Of a DNA stretch of 24,000 nt, positions 1-7,212 are shown one piece after another. Below the pieces are notes generated by a model. The model made no database searches. It worked only from the letters and a program-made list of their open reading frames with translations, and was not told the origin of the DNA. How positions within the stretch are numbered: position 1 is the first letter of the stretch; each line of letters opens with the position of its first letter. The position numbers and the translations under genes were made by a program. The stretch is from Actinomycetota bacterium (GTDB lineage Bacteria; Actinomycetota; Acidimicrobiia; IMCC26256; BP-133): NCBI GenBank assembly GCA_040756995.1, contig JBFLYK010000030.1, forward strand, positions 19,481 to 43,480. The letters run 5' to 3'.

Positions 1-33
1 GTGGCCGGCCGCTCATGAAACGGAGACGACCGG

Positions 34-1572
34 GTGATCATCCCGCTCACCATCGAGGACTTCCTGCGCCGGGGAGCCCAGGTCTACGGCAGCCGGCTCG
101 CCGTCGTCGACGAGCCCGGAGCGCCCGGCGGCAGCCTCGGGGCGTTGACCTACGCTGAGTTCGCCAGCATGGCCAAGGGCCTAGCGGTCCGGCTCGACGA
201 GCTCGGCGTGGGGCTCGGTGCACGCGTCGCCGTGCTGTCGCCCAACTCGGCCCGCTTCCTGTGCGCCCTCTTCGGGGTGAGCGCCTACGGCCGCGTCCTG
301 GTCCCCATCAACTACCGGCTGAACGAGGATGAGATCCGCTACATCGTCGAGCACTCCGGCGCCGGCGTCCTTCTTGTCGACCCCGAACTCGAGGACAAGA
401 CCGCGGGGCTCGACGTGAAGCACCGCTTCCTCCTCGGGCACGGCTCCGACAACGCCCTCTTCGGCGGGCAGGGTGAGCCGATCGGCAGGGTCACCGAGGA
501 GAACGCCACCGCCTCCATCAACTACACGTCGGGAACCACCGCCCGGCCGAAGGGCGTCGAACTCTCCCACCGGGGCCTGTGGCTCAATGCCGTCGCCTTC
601 GGATGGCACATGGGCGTCAACGACGCCGACGTCTACCTCCACACGCTCCCGACCTTCCACTGCAACGGGTGGGGCGTGCCGTACGCCGCGACCGGCACCG
701 GGGTGCGCCAGATCGTCCTTCGCAAGGTCGACGGCGAGGAGATCCTCCGCCGGATCGAGACCGAAGGCGTGACGTTGCTGTGCGGCGCTCCGGCCGTGGC
801 CGCCGCCATCCTCGACGCCGCCACCGCCCGCCGGGCCGGTGGGCGTGACGTCCCCGGCGGCGACCGGCGGGTACGCATGGTCGTGGCCGGCGCCCCCCCG
901 CCGACGCGCCTCATCGAACGCATGGAGACCGAACTCGGCTGGGAGTTCATCCAGATCTACGGCCTGACCGAGACGTCCCCGTTGCTGACCGTGAACCGGT
1001 CCCGCTGGGAGTGGGACGATCTCGACGGGCGCGGCCGGGCCCAGCGCCTCGCTCGGGCCGGCGTCCCCGCCATCGGCGTCCAGCTGACTACCGGCACCGA
1101 CGGCGAAGTGCTCGCCCGCTCCAACCACGTCTTCACCGGGTACTGGAACCAGCCCGACGAGTCGTCCAAGGCCATCCCCGACGGATGGTTCCGCACCGGC
1201 GACGGCGGGATGCTCGACGGCGCCTACCTCACGATCGCCGACCGCAAGAAGGACGTCATCATCTCCGGAGGCGAGAACGTCTCGTCAATCGAGGTGGAAG
1301 ACACCCTGTTCCTCCATCCGGCCGTGGCCGAAGTCGCCGTGATCGGCGTCCCGGACGAACGCTGGGGCGAGACCATCAAGGCCCTCGTCGTCTCCCAGGA
1401 CGACGTGACCGAGGAGGACTTAATCGCCTTCTGCCGGGAGCGGCTGGCCCACTTCAAGTGCCCGAGATCCGTCGAGTTCCGGGAGTCGCTGCCCCGAACA
1501 GCGACAGGGAAGCTGCAGAAGTTCCGGCTCCGCCAGCCGTACTGGGAGGGTCGTGAACGCCACGTCAGCTGA
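34..1572 (+). CDS. AMP-forming acyl-CoA synthetase / fatty-acid--CoA ligase (ANL superfamily)
   Basis: 512-aa ORF with the AMP-binding signature INYTSGTTARPKGV, YGLTET, the hinge region TGDGG...DRKKDVIISGGENV, and C-terminal PRTATGKLQK. The GTG start at 34 is preceded by GGAGA about 7 nt upstream. Substrate chain length cannot be read from the sequence. Confidence 0.9.
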   Translation: MIIPLTIEDFLRRGAQVYGSRLAVVDEPGAPGGSLGALTYAEFASMAKGLAVRLDELGVGLGARVAVLSPNSARFLCALFGVSAYGRVLVPINYRLNEDEIRYIVEHSGAGVLLVDPELEDKTAGLDVKHRFLLGHGSDNALFGGQGEPIGRVTEENATASINYTSGTTARPKGVELSHRGLWLNAVAFGWHMGVNDADVYLHTLPTFHCNGWGVPYAATGTGVRQIVLRKVDGEEILRRIETEGVTLLCGAPAVAAAILDAATARRAGGRDVPGGDRRVRMVVAGAPPPTRLIERMETELGWEFIQIYGLTETSPLLTVNRSRWEWDDLDGRGRAQRLARAGVPAIGVQLTTGTDGEVLARSNHVFTGYWNQPDESSKAIPDGWFRTGDGGMLDGAYLTIADRKKDVIISGGENVSSIEVEDTLFLHPAVAEVAVIGVPDERWGETIKALVVSQDDVTEEDLIAFCRERLAHFKCPRSVEFRESLPRTATGKLQKFRLRQPYWEGRERHVS

Positions 1573-3439
1573 ACTGCTCCATCTCGCGTTCTCCCCCGAC
1601 CGGCTGCTGGAACGCCTCGAAGACGACGTCGTCGGGCTCCGCCGGGAGGCTGAGGTGCTGGCCACCGCGCTCGAAACCGGTCGGCACGTCGTCCTCGAGG
1701 GCCCGCCCGGGGTGGGCAAGTCAACCCTCCTCCGGGCGGTGGCCGACCAGGTCGGGTGGGGCGTGGCCTTCGTCGAAGGCAACGCCGAGCTGACCCCCGG
1801 ACGCCTCGTCGGAGGCCATGACCCCGCCCTCGTGCTCGACGGCGGCTACCGCCCGGAGGCCTTCATGGAAGGTCCCCTCGTCAGCGCCATGCGGAGCGGG
1901 TCTCTCCTCTACATCGAGGAGTTCAACCGGGTGCCGGAAGAGACCCTCAACGTCCTCATCACCGCGCTGGCCGAAGGCGAGATCCACGTCCCTCGCCTCG
2001 GGCACATCCGGGCGGACGACAAGTTCCGCCTCATCGCGGCGATGAACCCGTTCGACGCCGTCGGCACAGCCCGGGTGGGCCAGGCGATCTACGACCGGAT
2101 GTGCCGGATCGCCATGGCGTACCAGGGCGAGGAGGCCGAGCGGGCCATCGTCGAGCGAGTGACCGGCATCACCGGCGAGCCGGCAGCGCTGGCGGTGGCG
2201 ATCGCCCGGGCCACCCGCGCCCACCCGGCGGTGCGGACGGGCGCGTCGGTGCGGGGCGCGATCGACATGGTCCTCCTCGGCGAGGGCCTGGCCACGCTCC
2301 GGGCGGAGCCGGCGCCGACCCGGACCACCCTCCTCGACGCCGCGCTGGCGGCCTTCTCCGGCCGGATCCGGGTGGAGGACGGCCGGGAGGAGACCCCGGA
2401 GGCGATCATCACCTCCATCCTCGACGCCCTGCTCCTGGAGCCGGAAGAGGGGTCGAACCGGGGAAAAGCGCCAAGCCCGCCGGCCGGGCCCGCTCCTGAC
2501 ACCGCCAGCCACGGGCGGACCCTTGAGGGCGACAACGCCCGGGCCACGGTGGAGGACTCGGCCCGCCAGACCACGGGCCGTGCCGATCTTTCCCGAATGC
2601 ATCCTCAACTGGCTGACGTCTCACCCGAGGTCGGCGTTCTGGACGATGCCGCCCTCGACCTCCTGCTGGCCGAGGACCTCGACGAGGGCATCGCCCTCCT
2701 CTGCGACCTGTCCCGCGCCACCGACGTCCAGCTGCGAAGCCTGGCCCGCCAAGCCGCCCGTCGAGTGTTCTTCCGCCTGGCCAGCCGGGGCCCCGTTGCC
2801 CGGCGCGGCATCCGGCGCCTCGTCGCCGAACCGGGAAGCGAAGGCGACCTCGACCTCGAGCGGAGCGTGGAACGGGCCGGTGGACGACGTCCACGGCGCC
2901 CCGAGGACATGGTCGTCCGGCGCTGGGAGGCGGCCGAACGGGCGATCTGCCTGCTCGTGGACCGGAGCGGCTCGATGAGCGGCGCCGCGGTGGGGACGGC
3001 GGCGCTGGCGGCGGCCTCCGTTGTCATCGCCGCCGGGGAGCAGACCGACTGCTCCGTGATCGCCTTCGCCCACGACGCGGTGGTCCTCCAGCGCCAGGGG
3101 CAGCGCCGTCCCCCCGGGGAGTTGGTCGACGACATCCTGGCGCTGCGGGGGAAGGGCACGACGGACCTCGCCCTGGCCCTGCGGGCCGCCTCCTCCCAGC
3201 TCGCCCGCAGCGCTGCCGGCGACCGCGTCGCCGTCCTCCTCTCCGACTGCCTGCCGACCGCCGGTGGCGATCCCGCCCTGGCGTTGGGGGGCCTCGACCA
3301 CCTGCACGTGGTGGGGGTCTCCGACGAGCCGGAATCGGTCGCCGCCGGCCGGGCGCTCGCCCGCCAAGGCCGGGGCCGGCACGGGCTCGCCCTCCGGCCC
3401 AGCCTCGTGCCGGCGGTGATGACCGCCACCCTGGCCTGA
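1553..3439 (+). CDS. MoxR-type AAA+ ATPase fused to a C-terminal von Willebrand factor A (VWA) domain (BchD/ChlD-like architecture)
   Basis: 628-aa ORF. Walker A is GPPGVGKST and Walker B is LLYIEEFNR, with MoxR-like AAMNP and an arginine-finger region. A Pro/Glu/Asp-rich linker follows (about aa 300-350). The C-terminal VWA domain has the MIDAS motif LLVDRSGSMSG...GTTDL...LLSDC. The GTG start overlaps the upstream ligase gene by 20 nt, suggesting an operon. Confidence 0.85.
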   Translation: MNATSAELLHLAFSPDRLLERLEDDVVGLRREAEVLATALETGRHVVLEGPPGVGKSTLLRAVADQVGWGVAFVEGNAELTPGRLVGGHDPALVLDGGYRPEAFMEGPLVSAMRSGSLLYIEEFNRVPEETLNVLITALAEGEIHVPRLGHIRADDKFRLIAAMNPFDAVGTARVGQAIYDRMCRIAMAYQGEEAERAIVERVTGITGEPAALAVAIARATRAHPAVRTGASVRGAIDMVLLGEGLATLRAEPAPTRTTLLDAALAAFSGRIRVEDGREETPEAIITSILDALLLEPEEGSNRGKAPSPPAGPAPDTASHGRTLEGDNARATVEDSARQTTGRADLSRMHPQLADVSPEVGVLDDAALDLLLAEDLDEGIALLCDLSRATDVQLRSLARQAARRVFFRLASRGPVARRGIRRLVAEPGSEGDLDLERSVERAGGRRPRRPEDMVVRRWEAAERAICLLVDRSGSMSGAAVGTAALAAASVVIAAGEQTDCSVIAFAHDAVVLQRQGQRRPPGELVDDILALRGKGTTDLALALRAASSQLARSAAGDRVAVLLSDCLPTAGGDPALALGGLDHLHVVGVSDEPESVAAGRALARQGRGRHGLALRPSLVPAVMTATLA

Positions 3440-3525
3440 ATCCCCTCCGGATGGGTGTAGGCGGGGAGGGAGAAACGACCGAGATTGGGGCGGAACTCTC
3501 ACCACCATTCCAGAAAGGAGGCCGT

Positions 3526-3801
3526 GTGGCCCAGTTCCTCATCGAGCGGCACTTCGGTCAGATGACCCCGGAGCAAGTGGCGGCAGCCGGCTCCGAGTCG
3601 AAGCGCCAGGCCGCGGAGAATTTCCCCGACATCACCTGGGAGCGTTCGCACGTCATGCAGGGGCCTGACGGCCTCGTCACTTACTGCGTCTACTCCGCTC
3701 CCGACGAGGAGTACGTCCGCAAGCACGCCGCCGCGGCCGGCCTTCCCTGTGATCAGATCCAGCAGATCGCGCAGACCGTGGGACCCGGCGACTTCGAGTA
3801 G
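3526..3801 (+). CDS. DUF4242-like small protein (SCO4226-type nickel-binding protein family)
   Basis: The track ORF 3451-3801 is trimmed to GTG 3526, directly after the SD AAAGGAGG (3514-3521). The 91-aa product begins VAQFLIERHFGQMTPEQV..., matching the size and N-terminal pattern I associate with DUF4242. Family assignment is from memory. Confidence 0.65.
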   Translation: MAQFLIERHFGQMTPEQVAAAGSESKRQAAENFPDITWERSHVMQGPDGLVTYCVYSAPDEEYVRKHAAAAGLPCDQIQQIAQTVGPGDFE

Positions 3802-3826
3802 CCAAACCCTGTTCTCAAACACCTGA

Positions 3827-3860
3827 CCGGAGGGCCCGGAGAGACACCGAGGCCCTCTGG
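3827..3860 (+). terminator. Putative intrinsic terminator hairpin downstream of the DUF4242-like gene
   Basis: CCGGAGGGCC (3827-3836) pairs with GGCCCTCTGG (3851-3860), with one G-U pair. The stem can extend into the loop through CGG/CCG. There is no clear U-tract, which is common in high-GC actinobacteria. Confidence 0.4.
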
Positions 3861-3949
3861 TGAGGCGCGCCTCTTCAATTGCGGGCACAATGGCGCTCGG
3901 CATCCGTGTGCTCCGGGACGGATGGAGCGCGCCGACCACGGGGGCGACC

Positions 3950-4288
3950 ATGACGGACGCGTGGGACAGCGGTACGCCGGAGTACGAGTGGGCGATCCTC
4001 TCTTCGATGGAGGCGTCGTTGCAGCGGGGCGCCCCGCGCTTCGTCCGCCAGTTCGAAGCACTCGGACACGACGGCATCCGTCCCCGGACATGGGCGGCGC
4101 TCGCCGTGGCCTGGGTCGCCGGCGCCGTGGTCCTCGCCACCTTCACCTTCTCCCTGCCCTGGGCCTTTGTCGGCCTCGTCGTGATGGCCGCCGCCTTGGC
4201 GTTCCTGGTCGCCTTCGAACTCGTGCCGGTAGGGCGGCACCGGGCGCGCCCGGCCCAGAAGCTGGCCGCGCATCCCGGGGACGGCTGA
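3950..4288 (+). CDS. DUF3040-like membrane protein
   Basis: The track ORF 3860-4288 is trimmed to ATG 3950. The N-terminus TPEYEWAILSSMEASLQRGAPRFVRQFE resembles the DUF3040 helix pattern (LSExExxxLxxIExxLxxxDPxF). Two C-terminal hydrophobic helices follow (WAALAVAWVAGAVVLATFTF, WAFVGLVVMAAALAFLVAF). The start codon is uncertain; 3860 and 3890 are alternatives. Confidence 0.6.
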   Translation: MTDAWDSGTPEYEWAILSSMEASLQRGAPRFVRQFEALGHDGIRPRTWAALAVAWVAGAVVLATFTFSLPWAFVGLVVMAAALAFLVAFELVPVGRHRARPAQKLAAHPGDG

Positions 4289-4384
4289 CGCACTCACCCG
4301 ATTGGGGGTGCCGGACGGCCCTCTCCCGCCGGACCATTGGACGGCGCGTCGTGAGACCGCGCGGTCAGCGAGGAGGAGGACTCG

Positions 4385-4834
4385 ATGGCGGATGTCGCTC
4401 AACACCACCACTGGCACGAACTCCCGCTCCGTCGGCGCGTCCTGCGGTTCGTCCTCGTGTCGATCCTGCTCGTCACTGGCGTCATGCTGCTCCAGAGCGT
4501 CGTGATGTACCTGACGATGCCGAAGGTCACGAAGGCCACCCACCACGCCCGCGCGGCCTGCGCCTCCCTCGGGACGTGGCTCGACGGCGGCGGGCCCACC
4601 GGAACGCCCGAGGCGGCTCCGAGCCTGACGGAGGCCACGGAGAGCGCCCGGTCGGCGGCCGCGATGGCTCCTGAGCGCTGGTCGGCACTCCTCGAGGACC
4701 TGCAGTCGGCGGCCGGGCCGGACACTCCGGTGAACGGGCCGGGACCGGTCCTCACCCCGCGCGGTCGCGCCATCGCGAGCGCCATGGCGACCTGCGACTC
4801 CGTCCTCGGCAAGCGGGTAGCCCGGGCGTCCTGA
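4385..4834 (+). CDS. Hypothetical membrane-anchored protein with a His-rich N-terminus
   Basis: ATG 4385 is preceded by a strong SD, GAGGAGGAGGA (4369-4379). The N-terminus is MADVAQHHHWHE, followed by one TM helix (VLRFVLVSILLVTGVMLLQSVVMYL) and an Ala-rich, probably helical, extracytoplasmic domain with 2-3 Cys. I recognise no family. Its stop lies 12 nt before the radical SAM gene. Confidence 0.55.
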   Translation: MADVAQHHHWHELPLRRRVLRFVLVSILLVTGVMLLQSVVMYLTMPKVTKATHHARAACASLGTWLDGGGPTGTPEAAPSLTEATESARSAAAMAPERWSALLEDLQSAAGPDTPVNGPGPVLTPRGRAIASAMATCDSVLGKRVARAS

Positions 4835-4846
4835 CGGTCAGCGACG

Positions 4847-6322
4847 TTGACGACCCCGGTTCCGCTCCGCCGCAAAGTCGACCGCGACGGCGTCTTCCTC
4901 GAGTACACCAAGAGCATCTGCCCGGAGTGCCGGACGGTGGTCGACGGCCAGGTCGTCGTCCGGGACAACAAGGTATTCCTTCGCAAGCGCTGTCCCGCCC
5001 ATGGCGGCTTCGAAGCCCTCCTGTATTCCGACGCTCACCTCTACTTCCACTCCTTGCGGTTCAACAAGCCTGGAACGATCCCCCTCGAAACCCAGACCGA
5101 GCTTGTCGACGGGTGCCCACTGGACTGCGGTCTGTGTCCCGACCACCAGCAGCACGCCTGCCTCGGGATCATCGAGGTGAACACCGGCTGCAACCTCGAC
5201 TGTCCCGTCTGCTTCGCCGAATCGGGGCAGCGGCCCGACGGCTTCTCCCTGACTCTGGAGCAGGTGGAGTCGGCTCTCGACGCCTTCGTTCGGGCCGAAG
5301 GTGACCCCGAGGTGGTCATGTTCTCGGGGGGCGAGCCCACCATCCATCCCCAGATCCTCGACTTCGTGCGCCTCGCCAACGACAAGGGGATCGGGCTCGT
5401 CACCCTGAACACCAACGGGATCCGCCTCGCCCACGACGAACGGTTCGTCGCGGCCCTGGCCGGCATCGAGCCGCGACCCCGGATCTACCTGCAATTCGAC
5501 GGACTCAGCGAAGCGACGCACCGGACGATGAGGGGACGCGACTTGCGGGCCGTCAAGCAACGGGCCCTCGACCACTGCGCTGAAGCTGGATTGACCGTCA
5601 TCCTGGTGCCGGCCGTGGAGCGGGGCGTCAACGAGACCGAGCTCGGCGAGATCGTCCGGTACGGCATGGCTCACCCCGCGGTCAAAGGCGTCGCCTTCCA
5701 GCCTGTGACCCACACCGGCCGGCACATCGACTTCGATCCCACCGACCGGGTCACCAACGCCGATGTGATCCACGCCCTCGCGGACCAGCTCCCCGACTGG
5801 TTCCAGGTGTCGGATTTCGTGCCCGTTCCCTGCTGCTTCCCCACCTGCCGGTCGATCACCTACGCCGTCGTCGAAGGTGAAACCGTCATCCCCATCCCCC
5901 GGCTCCTCAACGTGGAGGACCACCTCGACTACGTCACGAATCGCGTGATGCCCGACGGTTCGGTCCGGGCGGCGCTGGAGAAGCTGTGGAGCGCCTCGGC
6001 CTTCGCCGGCAGCCCCGGCACCGACGTCCACCTCGATCAGCTCGGCTGCCTGAACTGCGGTGTGGAGACTGCGTCCGTCTTCGACTCCCTGGCAGAGAAG
6101 ATCTTCATGATCGTGATCCAGGATTTCGCCGACCCCTACACCCTCAACGTCAAGCAACTCATGAAGTGCTGCGTGGAGGAGTTACTCCCGGACGGCCGCA
6201 TCATCCCCTTCTGCGCCTACAACTCGGTGGGGTACCGGGAGCAGGTTCGAGACCTCCTCTCGGGAAGCGGTAGTAGCGCCCTCCCGGGATCTGCCACGAA
6301 CATCGGAAGGAGGCTGGGCTGA
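4847..6322 (+). CDS. Radical SAM enzyme with an N-terminal Cys4 zinc-ribbon-like segment
   Basis: 491-aa ORF with the canonical CxxxCxxC cluster motif (GCNLDCPVCFA) and a GGEP SAM-binding motif (FSGGEPTIHP). The N-terminus carries CPEC...x19...CPAHG. C-terminal Cys motifs are present (VPCCFPTC, KCCVEE, IIPFCAYN). TTG at 4847 is the only available start because the frame opens at 4835. The overall architecture recalls the MJ0619/Tes (GDGT-MAS) type of radical SAM protein, from memory only. Confidence 0.88.
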   Translation: MTTPVPLRRKVDRDGVFLEYTKSICPECRTVVDGQVVVRDNKVFLRKRCPAHGGFEALLYSDAHLYFHSLRFNKPGTIPLETQTELVDGCPLDCGLCPDHQQHACLGIIEVNTGCNLDCPVCFAESGQRPDGFSLTLEQVESALDAFVRAEGDPEVVMFSGGEPTIHPQILDFVRLANDKGIGLVTLNTNGIRLAHDERFVAALAGIEPRPRIYLQFDGLSEATHRTMRGRDLRAVKQRALDHCAEAGLTVILVPAVERGVNETELGEIVRYGMAHPAVKGVAFQPVTHTGRHIDFDPTDRVTNADVIHALADQLPDWFQVSDFVPVPCCFPTCRSITYAVVEGETVIPIPRLLNVEDHLDYVTNRVMPDGSVRAALEKLWSASAFAGSPGTDVHLDQLGCLNCGVETASVFDSLAEKIFMIVIQDFADPYTLNVKQLMKCCVEELLPDGRIIPFCAYNSVGYREQVRDLLSGSGSSALPGSATNIGRRLG

Positions 6323-7122
6323 ACGCCCCGGGAGCATCCCTCTCCGTCGATCCGACCGTCCTCAAGAACTGCTGCGCCGCGATCTATGAGAGCGACCTCC
6401 TCGCCCTCGTGCTCGGGGCGAGCTATCACCCGGGCGGATTTGAGATGACCCGGCGTCTGGCCCGGGTGCTGCGGCTGCGGCGCGGCGAACGCGTCCTCGA
6501 CGTGGCCTGCGGCCGGGGCGGAAGCGCCTTGCTCCTCGCCGACGAGTTCGCCGCCTCGGTGGACGGGGTCGATCTGGGCCGGGCATCAGTGGAGCACGCC
6601 CGGGCCGAGGCGATCCGGCGGGACCTCGACGGTCTCACTCGCTTCCACGTCGGAGACGCCGAGCGTCTCCCTTTCCCCGATGCCACTTTCGACGTCGTGA
6701 TCTGCGAGTGCTCCTTGTGCACGTTCCCCGACAAAGATCGGGCGGCGGCCGAATTCGCGCGGGTCCTCCGGCCCGGCGGGCGCCTCGGCCTCACCGACGT
6801 CACCCTCGACCCTGCCCGGCTCGACCCAGAGCTGGCCACACTGGCCGGTTCCATCGCCTGCCTGGCCGGCGCCCGACCGGCTGCGGAATACGAAGCGCTG
6901 CTGGCCACGGCCGGGCTGGAGACCACCGTCTCGGAAGCCCACGACTACGCCCTGGCCCACATGGTGGATCAGATCGACGCTCGCCTCCGGGCGCTGGGCG
7001 TCCTTTGGACTACCAACGGCCCGTTCGACACCGAGGCCCTTCTGGGCCACACCGCCCGGGCCGCGGCGGCCGTGGCCGACGGCGTCGCCGGCTACTGCCT
7101 CCTCGTCGCCCGGCGTTCCTGA
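6319..7122 (+). CDS. Class I SAM-dependent methyltransferase (ArsM/UbiE-like)
   Basis: Motif I is VLDVACGRGGSALLLA, with an acidic post-I residue (VDGVDL) and motif FDVVICECSLCTF. The track starts the ORF at GTG 6409, but the frame is open from 6277 and encodes a conserved-looking KNCCAAIYESDLLALVLGASYHPGG segment upstream. That stretch has no ATG, GTG or TTG. CTG 6319 lies 5 nt after a near-perfect SD, GGAAGGAGG (6305-6313), and overlaps the radical SAM stop (CTGA). The CDS itself is confident; the start is uncertain. Confidence 0.8.
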   Translation: MNAPGASLSVDPTVLKNCCAAIYESDLLALVLGASYHPGGFEMTRRLARVLRLRRGERVLDVACGRGGSALLLADEFAASVDGVDLGRASVEHARAEAIRRDLDGLTRFHVGDAERLPFPDATFDVVICECSLCTFPDKDRAAAEFARVLRPGGRLGLTDVTLDPARLDPELATLAGSIACLAGARPAAEYEALLATAGLETTVSEAHDYALAHMVDQIDARLRALGVLWTTNGPFDTEALLGHTARAAAAVADGVAGYCLLVARRS

Positions 7123-7144
7123 CCCGGCCAATCGGACAACGAAT

Positions 7145-7176
7145 GGGGGGCCGGCCGCTTCAGCGGCCGGCCCCCC
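7145..7176. terminator. Bidirectional terminator hairpin between the convergent methyltransferase and pmoB-like genes
   Basis: Perfect 14-bp GC-rich stem GGGGGGCCGGCCGC (7145-7158) with loop TTCA and GCGGCCGGCCCCCC (7163-7176). It lies between the stop codons at 7122 (+) and 7213 (-). Confidence 0.7.
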
Positions 7177-7212
7177 GTGACCGAAGGCCTGTCAGCGCCC
7201 GTGGTCGCGTTG

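Noticed and set aside
181-3508. Several 160-315-aa ORFs antisense to, or out of frame with, the ligase and MoxR/VWA genes
   Set aside because: They overlap confidently assigned genes and have Arg/Pro/Gly-rich low-complexity translations. These are typical high-GC frame artefacts.
4838-6157. 439-aa ORF on the minus strand
   Set aside because: It is antisense to the radical SAM gene (CxxxCxxC on the plus strand) and has no motifs of its own. It is a shadow ORF.
7123-7212. Search for a pmoD/amoD-like or copC/copD gene downstream of pmoB
   Set aside because: Only 90 nt separate pmoB from the convergent methyltransferase gene, and that gap is occupied by the terminator hairpin. No such ORF exists in this window.
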